34,271 bases of DNA from Chthoniobacteraceae bacterium (GTDB lineage Bacteria > Verrucomicrobiota > Verrucomicrobiia > Chthoniobacterales > Chthoniobacteraceae), in contig JANNXQ010000018.1 in assembly GCA_031409655.1 (NCBI GenBank), positions 1 to 34,271 on the forward strand, read 5' to 3'. The notes under the pieces are model-generated. The model worked only from the letters and a program-made list of their open reading frames with translations. It ran no database searches and was not told the DNA's origin. Positions 8,513-17,770 of the stretch are shown one piece after another (the first letter of the stretch is position 1; each line of letters starts with the position of its first letter). A program made the position numbers and the translations under genes.

Positions 8513-10243
8513 ATGCTGCGAAACTCAAATCTGATCAAATCCACTGAAGGCGGCGTGTTGGTTGCCGCCGTCTGCACCGTTGCTGTTCTGGCCTCCATTT
8601 CCGCCGTTACCCTGCTGAACGTCGGAACCAAGCATCAGAACAGCTATCAAGCTGCCGGGTGGAGAGAAGCACTCGTATCAGCCGAATCCGGCGTGGAACG
8701 AACAATGGCCGACTTGCGCGCCTCCATCGACGATCCGGCTTCCGCATGGGCCGGTTGGGTCGTCGTCGATGCCTCCGGAAATCCCGCAGCTTCGCAACAG
8801 ATCGATCGGGACGGTCGCTGGGCGCTCGGCTACACCCTGCGCTTGACGGAGTCCCTCCCTCCTCAGACCGGCGAGAGCAAGAGACTCCAGTACTCAGTTC
8901 TGGTCGATGTCCCATCGCCTCTGGCCGCAACCGCCAAACGCTGGAATCAAGCGTACCGAATCCGCTCGACCGGCATCACGACGATCCCTGGACTGGCGCG
9001 CGCCGCCTCGGATAAGCGGGATACGCAATTGAGACGTCTGGGCCTGGGCTGGGGCCGGACTCTGGCCTCCTCGAACAACACCACCCGTCTGACGGCTCCT
9101 CAGGCAACCAGGACGGTCGAGGTAGTCGCTCTGCCGGAGAGCGTCTACCGGCATGGTCTGACCGCCGAAATCAACTTCAAGCTAAGTAAGAAAACCTTCA
9201 TTGACGGCTACAATTCCAACTATCCCGATAGTTCAGTCGATGGCCGCTACGATCCGACCAAGCGGACGCCCAATGGTGGCACGATCCTCGCCAATCGATA
9301 TAAGAGGAAACCGAAGCCCGGCCAGCCGGAGGAAAAATTCGACGTGGGACACGCCACAATTTACGGCGATCTCATGGTCAAAGGCAGCCTCAAGAATGTG
9401 AAGCATTACGAGAACGTGCAGGGGCAGAAAATCACGAACGCCAGCGCCGACACGCCAACAAATCTCCCGCCGCAATGGACCTCCGTAACCGAAAACATCA
9501 ACACCCTGGACGGTAAACTTCCAAAGGAGCTGGCAGCCTCTTATAAGCTTGCGGAGAAACAGGCAAAAGCGGGCGGACCATCCGCGCAATTTGCAGCGGA
9601 GAGCGCCACCGCGGCCGCGGAACTTGCCGCCAAGGGCATGGAACTGCTCGGAGGCAGCGACGCTACGAATCCAGCCCGCTACAAAGTAGGCAAGATCGAC
9701 GTGAACAAGAAAACCGAGTCCCTGATCATCAGTAATCCGCCGGGCGTCACCGAGAGCTGGGTGGAAATCTGGGTGACCGACGCCCTGCACATCGAAAAAG
9801 GCGGCACCGTATTTCTGGGCAACGGGGTGCATGCAAAAATCTATCTGGAAGGCAAAGCGGAGATTAAGGACACCCGGCAGGAAAAGGGTGGGTTCATCAT
9901 CGAAAGTGGCTTTGCGGGTGATCTTCAGCTTATCGGCATCGAAAAGACCGACGCGAAGAGGGAAACTGACGACGACTATTCGCCGAGGAAAAGAAGCGGA
10001 AAGATCTCGATCTCCGATGCGGACTTTACCGGGGTAATCAATGCCCCCGATTGGGATGTGGACTTCAAGCCGAAGGATTGGGACAAAGAAGATACGGTTT
10101 ATGGGGGGCAACTCTTCGGCTCGGTCCTCGGCCGCAAGGTTAAGATCGGGAACGGCGCGGACTATCACTATGATGAGGCGGTCGCAGAGATCGGCAGCGT
10201 CCTGAGGTATTCGATCGCTGGCTGGAACGAAGTCGAGCGGTAA
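8513..10243 (+). CDS. Large PilX/GspK-like minor pilin with an extended C-terminal domain (possible tip adhesin)
   Basis: EG|GVLVAAVCTVAVLASISAVTLL with no Glu5, then EALVSAESGVERTMADL and YRIRSTG, typical of PilX N-terminal regions. C-terminal FTGVINAP...G..FGSVLGRKVKI....YHYDE. Confidence 0.7.
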   Translation: MLRNSNLIKSTEGGVLVAAVCTVAVLASISAVTLLNVGTKHQNSYQAAGWREALVSAESGVERTMADLRASIDDPASAWAGWVVVDASGNPAASQQIDRDGRWALGYTLRLTESLPPQTGESKRLQYSVLVDVPSPLAATAKRWNQAYRIRSTGITTIPGLARAASDKRDTQLRRLGLGWGRTLASSNNTTRLTAPQATRTVEVVALPESVYRHGLTAEINFKLSKKTFIDGYNSNYPDSSVDGRYDPTKRTPNGGTILANRYKRKPKPGQPEEKFDVGHATIYGDLMVKGSLKNVKHYENVQGQKITNASADTPTNLPPQWTSVTENINTLDGKLPKELAASYKLAEKQAKAGGPSAQFAAESATAAAELAAKGMELLGGSDATNPARYKVGKIDVNKKTESLIISNPPGVTESWVEIWVTDALHIEKGGTVFLGNGVHAKIYLEGKAEIKDTRQEKGGFIIESGFAGDLQLIGIEKTDAKRETDDDYSPRKRSGKISISDADFTGVINAPDWDVDFKPKDWDKEDTVYGGQLFGSVLGRKVKIGNGADYHYDEAVAEIGSVLRYSIAGWNEVER

Positions 10244-10284
10244 GGGTTTGTACCATTCCCGGCGCTGGGGGAGGCGCGCCGTAA

Positions 10285-10839
10285 TTACTTGCGGACGAGA
10301 GCCGCAATGTTGAAACCGCCGGCCGACCCTTGCGATTCGGAATGGAGGGAAACGTCCAGCACCTTAACGAAGGTATATTGCTGCTCGAATTCAGCAGCTA
10401 TTGTGAGCAGGGTCTTGAGATCTCGAACACTCTCCTGCGCCGGGAAGGACAGGCGCCAATAGGTGCGCTCGAAGCCGGCAAGACCGGGTTCCGGCAAAGC
10501 CGTGTTTTGGCGGATCACAACCTCCGCGACGCCAAAGCGGCGCAGGTGCTCTTTCAAACGAACTGGGAACCAGACGACTGCCGGCCCAGGAGGAACATCG
10601 GGATGGACAGCGTTCAACGCACTGCGCTCCCGGCCAACTGCTTGCTCCTGCTCCTTGATTTCATGAAACTCGTCCCGGGCCTCTTTGATCCGCTCACGCA
10701 GGCCGGAGACGTCGCGCCGCATCTGGGCTTCCTTTTGGCGGAGAGGATTGGATCCCTCAGCCTCAATCAAAATCGTGAGCCCCAGCACGGTGCCGCCGAC
10801 AAAAAAAGGGTGAAAGAACAGCGAGCGGACGGGCGGCAT
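10285..10839 (-). CDS. Hypothetical membrane-anchored coiled-coil protein, PilO/GspM-like
   Basis: N-terminal hydrophobic segment, a coiled coil, then a ferredoxin-like pattern (...LLTIAAEFEQQYTFVKVLDVSL). The family call is inferred from architecture and neighbourhood. Confidence 0.5.
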   Translation of the reverse strand: MPPVRSLFFHPFFVGGTVLGLTILIEAEGSNPLRQKEAQMRRDVSGLRERIKEARDEFHEIKEQEQAVGRERSALNAVHPDVPPGPAVVWFPVRLKEHLRRFGVAEVVIRQNTALPEPGLAGFERTYWRLSFPAQESVRDLKTLLTIAAEFEQQYTFVKVLDVSLHSESQGSAGGFNIAALVRK

Positions 10840-10840
10840 A

Positions 10841-11464
10841 TTACTCCCCTTCCCTCATTCCAGAGCTCTCATTATCCGTATAGCGGATCGTCGTATGGAT
10901 GGTGAAAACCCCCTGCCTTTCACCGGCTTGGTGTGATGATGCTTCCGGCAGATTTTCGAGGCGCTGAAAATCCGCAGTGACAGTGGCGTGAATTTTCCCC
11001 TCGAGTTCTCGCTTCAATGCCAGGCGAAAGCGGTCAGCAACCGTCGTTGGCACCGGCCCCGTCGAGATACCTCCGACAACAAGCGTCCAGGTATTTGCGC
11101 TCTCAGTCGCCCTCCTGGCACGGACTTCCTGCAACTGAATCCCTGAGTCCTCACAAGCCTTAACGGCCCGGAGTGCGGGAGTCCAACTGGGTGAGTTGGA
11201 TTCAGTGCGAAGGCGATCGAGGGACGCAGCGAGAGCCTCAAACTTGCGTTGCGCTTCTCTTGCCTCGCTAAGGGTATTGGACGTCGCAGCCCACTCCGCG
11301 TCGAGCAGTTGAAGTTCGGCGGAAAGCGTCGAGACGCTTCTTTGACGCTCCAAATACCGGGAGGAAGAGAAAATCAGCGGCCCGACTGCCGATATGGCGA
11401 GAGCCCAACTCCAACCCGAGACGGAACGGCTCGAGTTCGGCGCTTTTTTGGAATTTTCGTTCAC
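10841..11464 (-). CDS. Hypothetical membrane-anchored coiled-coil protein, PilN-like
   Basis: GTG start, TM segment, coiled coil, WTPALRAV...GIQLQEV....LVVGG.S and a terminal FTI strand, matching PilN architecture. 1-bp gap to the downstream gene. Confidence 0.5.
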   Translation of the reverse strand: MNENSKKAPNSSRSVSGWSWALAISAVGPLIFSSSRYLERQRSVSTLSAELQLLDAEWAATSNTLSEAREAQRKFEALAASLDRLRTESNSPSWTPALRAVKACEDSGIQLQEVRARRATESANTWTLVVGGISTGPVPTTVADRFRLALKRELEGKIHATVTADFQRLENLPEASSHQAGERQGVFTIHTTIRYTDNESSGMREGE

Positions 11465-11543
11465 AGGCGCATTCGGATGAGCGGAATGCGTGCCGCCCCC
11501 TGGCTTCAGCCCGAAGCTCTGTCTTCCATGAAACCGTAATGGG

Positions 11544-12788
11544 CTACCTGAGCGACCGCGGACTTAGTCCCTCGGGTAGCAGGAGTTGCTCGTAAAGTGC
11601 CTGCACCTGACGTGCGATCGCTTTCCAGGAAAAGGTCTCCTCGGCGCGCTGGCGGCCCGCTTTGCCAAAGGCTTCGCGGCGGGCGGGGTCGGCCATGAGT
11701 TGGTTGATGCGTTCGGCGAGGTCGCGGGCGAAGTGCTCGGGGTGCGTGGCCTCAAAGGGGCTTTCGGTCATCTGATTGAGCGGCACGAGGTAGCCGGTCT
11801 CGGCTTCGACGACGACTTCCTTGATGCCGCCGACGGCGCTCGCGACGACGGCGGTTTCGCAGGCCATGGCTTCGAGATTGATGATGCCGAAGGGCTCGTA
11901 GATGGATGGACAGCAGAAGACGGCGGCGTGGGAGTAGAGTTCGATCTTCTCGGGGTTGGTGACCATCTGCTCGATCCAGATGATGCCCGGGCGCTGCGCT
12001 TGCGCGGTGGCGACGGCGGCTTTCATCTCGGCGGCGATCTCGGGCGTGTCCGGGGCGCCGGCGCAGAGTACGACCTGGAAGCCCGGCGCAAAATGTTCGA
12101 TGGCGCGGACGAGATGGATGATCCCTTTTTGCCGCGTGATGCGACCGACGAAGAGGACGTAAGGCTGGCGCGGATCGACGCCGTATTTCTCCAGCGCGCC
12201 GGTGGTCTTGACGCGGTGATACTCGTCGAGGTCGATGCCGTTGTAGATGATGGGGACGCGTTCGGACGGGATGTCGAAGTAGCGATGGATGTCCGCCTTG
12301 GTTTCCTTGGAGACGGCGATGACGGCGTCGGCCATCTCGAGCGCGGTCTTTTCCACCCAGCAGGAAAAGTCGTAGCCGCCGCCGATCTGCTCGCGCTTCC
12401 ACGGACGCAGCGGCTCCAGGGAATGCACGGTGACGACAAGCGGGAGGCCGTAGTTCAGCTTCGCGAGGATGCCGCCGAGATGGGTGTACCATGTGTGCAG
12501 GTGGACGATGTCGGCGTCGATGTTCGTGGTGTTCCAATCGAGGCAACGCTGGATCGCGCCGAAGACGGAATGGAGTTGCTTCGGCGCGGTGTAGCCGGAG
12601 GCGTCGAGGCCGTAGCCGGTGGCCTTCAGCGCGGGCGTGTCGATGCGCTGTTCGCGCGCCTCTTTTCCATAGCAGCGGACCTCGACTTGCATGAGCTTGG
12701 CAAGTTCACGGGAGAGGTAGTCCACGTGGACGCCGGCGCCGCCGTAGATGGTCGGGGGATATTCGTTGGTGAGAAAGAGGGACTTCAT
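11544..12788 (-). CDS. glgA: Glycogen synthase, actinobacterial GT4 type (GlgA/GlgM-like)
   Basis: MKSLFLTNEYPPTIYGGAGVHVDYLSREL, HLHTWYT, HSLEPLRPWKREQIGGGY, FVGRITRQKG, CAGAPDTPEI and YEPFGIINLEAMAC. Start at the ATG at 12788. Confidence 0.92.
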   Translation of the reverse strand: MKSLFLTNEYPPTIYGGAGVHVDYLSRELAKLMQVEVRCYGKEAREQRIDTPALKATGYGLDASGYTAPKQLHSVFGAIQRCLDWNTTNIDADIVHLHTWYTHLGGILAKLNYGLPLVVTVHSLEPLRPWKREQIGGGYDFSCWVEKTALEMADAVIAVSKETKADIHRYFDIPSERVPIIYNGIDLDEYHRVKTTGALEKYGVDPRQPYVLFVGRITRQKGIIHLVRAIEHFAPGFQVVLCAGAPDTPEIAAEMKAAVATAQAQRPGIIWIEQMVTNPEKIELYSHAAVFCCPSIYEPFGIINLEAMACETAVVASAVGGIKEVVVEAETGYLVPLNQMTESPFEATHPEHFARDLAERINQLMADPARREAFGKAGRQRAEETFSWKAIARQVQALYEQLLLPEGLSPRSLR

Positions 12789-12873
12789 GCGCGCGGCGTT
12801 TCTGCCGAATGCGGCCTGAATGTCGAGTGCGGCTTGTAGAAGCTGCGGTCCTGCGCTCTTGTCGGCGCACGAA

Positions 12874-13980
12874 ATGATGCTCCGAGTTTCCGCCGCCTTG
12901 TTGCTGGCATCCGCCCTCCGCCTCTGCGGGGCCGCGCCGGTGGATGTCTCTTCGCGCCTGGAACGCATCCGGGTGGAGCACCAGATCCCCGGGCTCGCGG
13001 CCGCGGCCTATGACGATGGCGGGCTTGTCGCGTCCGGCGCGACGGGACGGCGCCGCGCGCGCAGCAACGAGGAGGTGACACTCGAAGATCGCTGGCATCT
13101 CGGGTCGTGTACAAAATCGATGACTGCGTCCGTGGTGGCGATGCTCGTGGAGGATGGATTGCTGCGGTGGGATTCGACGATCGGCGAAATTTTTGCTGAC
13201 CTCAGCGCGGGCATGAGCAAGCAGTGGCGCGACGTGCAACTCGAGCAACTGCTCGTGCACCGCGGCGGCGCGCCGCACGAGCCGCCGGCGGCGCTTTGGG
13301 CGAAAGCGATTGAGCGCGTCGGCACGCCGACCGAGCAGCGGCTCGCTTTTGTGCGCGGCATTCTCGCGCAGCCGCCAGAGAAACCCCCGGGCACGCACTG
13401 GATCTACTCAGACGCAGGCTACGCGATCGTCGGCGCGATGATGGAGCGGGCGACGGGCGAGGCATGGGAGGATTTGCTAAGGACGCGCCTCTTCGAACCA
13501 CTGGAGCTGAAGTCCGCGGGCTTCGGTGAGCCGGCGGCGATCGGCAGCGTGAATGAACCTTGGGGACATAAAGGGGAGTCGCCGCCTTACCAACCCGTCG
13601 CGCCGGGACCGAAAGCGGACAATCCGCCCGCCATCGGTCCCGCCGCATCCGTGCATATGAATATCGCGGACTTTGCCCGCTATGCCGCTTGGCATGTGGA
13701 AGGCGAGCGCGGCTGGGGCACGTTGCTCACACAGGAATCATTTGAGAAGCTGCACACCCCGCCCGAAGAGCAGCGTTACGCGATGGGCTGGGCAGTGGTG
13801 AAGCGTCGTTGGGCTGGAGGCAATGCGCTCATGCACAACGGCGAGAACACGATGTTTTACGCGGTGATGTGGCTCGGGCCGAGCCAGGACACTTGCTTCG
13901 TAGCTGCGTGCAACTGTGATGGTGCCGGCGCCGAGGAAGCGTGCAACGACGCGATTGCGATGCTGATCAACAGCTTCTAG
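12874..13980 (+). CDS. Secreted serine hydrolase, beta-lactamase/PBP-like family
   Basis: Signal peptide MMLRVSAALLLASALRLCGA; SxxK (GSCTKS), LLVHRGG, YSD.GY and HNG motifs. Confidence 0.88.
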   Translation: MMLRVSAALLLASALRLCGAAPVDVSSRLERIRVEHQIPGLAAAAYDDGGLVASGATGRRRARSNEEVTLEDRWHLGSCTKSMTASVVAMLVEDGLLRWDSTIGEIFADLSAGMSKQWRDVQLEQLLVHRGGAPHEPPAALWAKAIERVGTPTEQRLAFVRGILAQPPEKPPGTHWIYSDAGYAIVGAMMERATGEAWEDLLRTRLFEPLELKSAGFGEPAAIGSVNEPWGHKGESPPYQPVAPGPKADNPPAIGPAASVHMNIADFARYAAWHVEGERGWGTLLTQESFEKLHTPPEEQRYAMGWAVVKRRWAGGNALMHNGENTMFYAVMWLGPSQDTCFVAACNCDGAGAEEACNDAIAMLINSF

Positions 13981-14003
13981 TCAGCGCTTCACGCGCCGTA
14001 CGC

Positions 14004-14198
14004 TCAATCGATCCAGACGAAGGCCTCGGCTTTTCGCATCTCATCGCTAGTGCGCTTCTCCCAGGCTTCAAAGTGAGTCGATTGGTAGAAGTCGGCAAGA
14101 CGGCGCAACCAATACTCGACGAAGGCATCGTGCGCCATCGCAGGGGGAAGAGGGAGACCTTGTCCGAGAGGTAGATCGAGAGCGAGGTCTGAGTTCAT
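14004..14198 (-). CDS. Small hypothetical protein (64 aa), partner of the upstream nucleotidyltransferase
   Basis: The ATG at 14198 overlaps the upstream TGA (ATGA). Sequence MNSDLALDLPLGQGLPLPPAMAHDAFVEYWLRRLADFY...EAFVWID. Confidence 0.6.
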   Translation of the reverse strand: MNSDLALDLPLGQGLPLPPAMAHDAFVEYWLRRLADFYQSTHFEAWEKRTSDEMRKAEAFVWID

Positions 14199-14734
14199 AG
14201 AAAAGCGCGGGTTTGTAACATAGCCACAGATGCTTCGGAAGCATAGCGCTCCGAAATCGCGGAAAGCTCTTCGCGCGTCCACTCGCCGCGATGTTTTTCG
14301 AGAAGATAGCAAATGTCTTCCCAATCCTTGCCAATGCGCTCAGGCGCTTGTTTGAGCGCGTGGAGTTTGAGCGCAACCAAGTGAAGCGGCTTCGGTGCTC
14401 GGAGTTTGATGCCATCGAGTTCCACTTCGCGGCTCTCCTCATACAAGCGGTTGAAAGTTGCCTCGTTGAGCAGCATCACGTCCACGACTGGCTTCCGATT
14501 TGCGAAGTGTGCGTAGCGCGCAAAGCTCGCGAATCGATCTTTGAGCAAATAGCCCAGCGGTTGCAGCACCGCCGCAACCATTCGCTCGTTAGCTGCGATG
14601 ACTGCGCAATCACAGTCCTGGGTAAGCCGCTCGCTCCCATAGGCGATCATGGCGTTCCCGCCAATTAACAGCAGACGGTTGCCGCATCTTGCGAATGCCT
14701 CGAAAGGCGCTTCAGCCGGAGGCGGTGCAGCCAT
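14195..14734 (-). CDS. Pol-beta superfamily nucleotidyltransferase (AbiEii/DUF6036-like)
   Basis: LLLIGGNAMIAYGSERLTQDCDC (GG..A...G..R.T.DxD), VDVML, LVALKLHA and KDWEDICYLL. Confidence 0.8.
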   Translation of the reverse strand: MAAPPPAEAPFEAFARCGNRLLLIGGNAMIAYGSERLTQDCDCAVIAANERMVAAVLQPLGYLLKDRFASFARYAHFANRKPVVDVMLLNEATFNRLYEESREVELDGIKLRAPKPLHLVALKLHALKQAPERIGKDWEDICYLLEKHRGEWTREELSAISERYASEASVAMLQTRAFL

Positions 14735-14743
14735 GGCGACAGC

Positions 14744-16852
14744 TCAGAAAAAGATCGGGATGATCAGGATCGCGACGATGTTTACCACTTTGATCATCGG
14801 ATTGATCGCGGGGCCGCTGGTGTCCTTGTAAGGATCGCCCACGGTGTCACCGGTCACGCTGGCTTTGTGCGCTTCGCTGCCTTTGCCGCCGTAGTGGCCT
14901 TCTTCGATGTATTTCTTGGCGTTGTCCCAGGCGCCGCCGGAGCTGGTCATCGCGATGCCCATGAAGAGACCAGTGACGATGGAGCCGACGAGCACGCCAC
15001 CGAGGATTTTCGCACCGTCTGGCAGCGCGGCGACGGCGATGACGGCGAGCACTGGGATGAGTGCGGGGACGATCATTTCCTTGAGCGCGGCTTTGGTCAC
15101 GATGTCCACGCAGACGCCGTAGTCGGGCTTGTCGGTGCCGAGCAAGATGCCGGGCTTGGCAGCGAGTTGGCGGCGGACTTCGGTGACGACGGCGCCCGCG
15201 GCGCGACCGACGGCATTCATGCTGAAGGCGCTGAAAAGATAGGGCAGCAGACCGCCGAGGAAGAGGCCGATGATGACGTTCGGGTCCTTGAGGGAGAAAG
15301 CGAGGGTGGCTTCGAGAGCGGGGCCGGAGAGGTGGCGGACGGTCTCGAGGTGGTGCTTGAGGTCCACGAAGTACGAGCCGAAAAGCACAATCGCCGCGAG
15401 GCCGGCCGAGGCGATGGCGTAGCCTTTGGTCACGGCTTTCATGGTGTTCCCCACGGCGTCGAGATCGTCGGTGATCGCGCGGATGTCCTTGGGCATTTGG
15501 CTCATGGTCGCGATGCCGCCGGCGTTGTCGGTGATCGGGCCGAAGGCATCCAGCGAGATGATGATGCCGGCCATCGCGAGCATCGCCATGACGGCCACGG
15601 CGATACCGTAGAGTCCGGCAAAGTGATGGCTGAGCCAGATGCTCGCGCCGATGCAGATGACCGGCAGCGCGGTGGCGTGCATCCCGAGACCGAGCCCGGC
15701 GATGATGTTTGTGGCGTGGCCGGTGACGCTGGCTTCGGCGATCTTCCGCACCGGCGAATACGAGGTGGAAGTATAGTAGTTTGTGATGAGCACGGCAGCG
15801 CCCGTCATGACCAGCCCCACCACGGCGGCCCAGTAGATGTCGGTAGCGGTGAACATCATCTCTCCACCGCTCAGCATGTCGTGACACTTGAGCCCGGCGG
15901 CAAACATGGCCTGGGTGATCGGCCAGAAGGCGAGCGCGGAGAGCAGAGCGGAGAGCAGCACGCCGCCCATCAGCGCATTGGCCGGTTTCGCGTTCGTCAC
16001 GTTCACAAAGATGATGCCGATGATGGACGCGAGGATGGCCACGCCGCCGAGGACGAAGGGGTACATGACTGATGCCCCGCCGCCCGCCGTGAGCGCGCCG
16101 ACAAGCACCGCGCCGATGAGCGAGACCGCGTAGGTCTCGAAGACGTCCGCCGCCATGCCGGCACAGTCCCCGACGTTATCGCCGACGTTGTCCGCGATGG
16201 TCGCAGGATTGCGCGGGTCATCTTCGTCGAGGTTCGATTCCACCTTGCCGACGAGGTCCGCACCCACGTCCGCCGCTTTCGTGTAGATGCCGCCGCCGAG
16301 CCGCGCGAAGACGGAGACAAGCGAAGCGCCGAGCGCGACACCGACGAGACTGGAGATGGTCTTGTCGGGCTGAAGCTTGTTCATCACCATGTAAAAGATC
16401 GCGACGGAAAAGAGCGCGAGCGCCACAACCAGCAGACCGGTGACGGCGCCCCCATTGAAAGCGGCTTGCATCGCCTTCTTGCGACTCGTGCGGGCACCTT
16501 CGGCCGTGCGGACATTGGCCACGACGGCGATGCGCATCCCGATGAAACCAGCCGCCATCGAGCAGACCGCACCGAGGACGAAACCGCAGGCGGTCGGCAG
16601 ATCTTTAAAGATCGCGACCAGGACCGTGATGATCACCGCGATGAAACTGACCGCGCGCACTTGCCGCCCGAGATAAGCCTTTGCCCCTTCCTGCACCGCT
16701 TCGGCGATCTCGCGCATCTTGTCGTTGCCCGCGGGCGACGCGAGGATCGACTTGATCAAAAGGAGCGCAAAGCCAAGACCGATGGCAGCACAGACGATGG
16801 CGATGGCGAGGCCGGAGTTTTCCAGGAAGCTCACGGCGGCGAGAGGAAACAT
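14744..16852 (-). CDS. hppA: Membrane-bound H+-translocating pyrophosphatase, predicted K+-independent
   Basis: [60 protein letters not shown] (Lys determinant) and [14 protein letters not shown]; many TM helices. Confidence 0.97.
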   Translation of the reverse strand: MFPLAAVSFLENSGLAIAIVCAAIGLGFALLLIKSILASPAGNDKMREIAEAVQEGAKAYLGRQVRAVSFIAVIITVLVAIFKDLPTACGFVLGAVCSMAAGFIGMRIAVVANVRTAEGARTSRKKAMQAAFNGGAVTGLLVVALALFSVAIFYMVMNKLQPDKTISSLVGVALGASLVSVFARLGGGIYTKAADVGADLVGKVESNLDEDDPRNPATIADNVGDNVGDCAGMAADVFETYAVSLIGAVLVGALTAGGGASVMYPFVLGGVAILASIIGIIFVNVTNAKPANALMGGVLLSALLSALAFWPITQAMFAAGLKCHDMLSGGEMMFTATDIYWAAVVGLVMTGAAVLITNYYTSTSYSPVRKIAEASVTGHATNIIAGLGLGMHATALPVICIGASIWLSHHFAGLYGIAVAVMAMLAMAGIIISLDAFGPITDNAGGIATMSQMPKDIRAITDDLDAVGNTMKAVTKGYAIASAGLAAIVLFGSYFVDLKHHLETVRHLSGPALEATLAFSLKDPNVIIGLFLGGLLPYLFSAFSMNAVGRAAGAVVTEVRRQLAAKPGILLGTDKPDYGVCVDIVTKAALKEMIVPALIPVLAVIAVAALPDGAKILGGVLVGSIVTGLFMGIAMTSSGGAWDNAKKYIEEGHYGGKGSEAHKASVTGDTVGDPYKDTSGPAINPMIKVVNIVAILIIPIFF

Positions 16853-16884
16853 GATGATTTTAAGGGTTCGGGGAAAGGGGGCGG

Positions 16885-16912
16885 AGGATAGAATGATTGC
16901 CTACCGTGGCAA
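16885..16912 (-). promoter_or_regulatory. Putative sigma70 promoter of hppA, overlapped by a short palindrome
   Basis: The minus strand reads TTGCCA-N16-TATCCT, ending 32 bp upstream of the ATG. Palindrome TTGCC-N6-GGCAA at 16897-16912. Confidence 0.4.
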
Positions 16913-16966
16913 CGCTTTTATCACCTGCAGAAAGTGCGCCCGCAGAAGGAGGTACACGCGACTTTT

Positions 16967-17737
16967 TCAGGGCGAAACGCCTTCGACCCAGCTTGCGAGA
17001 TCGGGTGCCAGAGGTGACTCCCACGAGAGCCCATCGCCGGCAAAGGCCAGCGCCGTGGAATGGAGCGCGTGGCGCGGGAGGAGCAGACGGGCGGCGAGCG
17101 ATGGCGTCCAGCCAGTCTCGATGAACTCGAGGTAGCAGCCTTCATCGGGGCCGTAGATTTTGTCCCCGACGATCGGGAATCCGGAGTGCGTGAGATGCAC
17201 GCGGATCTGGTGCATCCGGCCCGTCTCGGGGAACGCCCGCACCAGCGCAAACTGCCCACCGTCCGCCAACGTCCGCCGGAAGCGCCGCTCGACCCGGAAG
17301 CGCGTGCGGGCCGCATTTCCCTCGGGATGCACGGCCTGCTTGAGATAGATGCGCGAGGGGGCGCGATCGCCCTGCCGGAGCAGGGGCGCATCCACTTCCC
17401 AGGCATCCTCCGACGGCCAGCCCCAGACGAGCGCGAGATATTCTTTGCGCGCGCGCCGCGACTCCATCTGCTGGCAGAAAGTGCGCGCCGCGTTCCGCGA
17501 TTTGGCCACGAGGGTGAGACCACTCGTCTCGCGATCGAGGCGATTGATGATTGAGACCTGCCCGCCGTTCAGGAGTTCATAGGCGAGTAACTCGCGCAGC
17601 CCATCCCACAGGGTCAGCCGGCCATTGGGCTTGCTCGGATGCACCTCCACATGCGGTGGCTTGTCCACGACGATCCACTCGTCGCTCTCCGCGATGATGA
17701 GCGGCCGCAGCGGTGGAAAATTCGAGCGCTGCTTCAA
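16967..17737 (-). CDS. RluA-family RNA pseudouridine synthase
   Basis: VVDKPP, INRLDRETSG (catalytic Asp), KEYLALV, TGRMHQIRVH and PIVGDKIYG. The TTG start is uncertain. Confidence 0.92.
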   Translation of the reverse strand: MKQRSNFPPLRPLIIAESDEWIVVDKPPHVEVHPSKPNGRLTLWDGLRELLAYELLNGGQVSIINRLDRETSGLTLVAKSRNAARTFCQQMESRRARKEYLALVWGWPSEDAWEVDAPLLRQGDRAPSRIYLKQAVHPEGNAARTRFRVERRFRRTLADGGQFALVRAFPETGRMHQIRVHLTHSGFPIVGDKIYGPDEGCYLEFIETGWTPSLAARLLLPRHALHSTALAFAGDGLSWESPLAPDLASWVEGVSP

Positions 17738-17770
17738 TTTGTGAGCCCGGCGCGGTCGCCGCTTTCCGAG

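Noticed and set aside
12874..13980. Antibiotic-resistance beta-lactamase
   Set aside because: The motifs (SCTK, YSD, HNG) fit the broad serine hydrolase/peptidase family. Nothing supports a specific beta-lactamase call.
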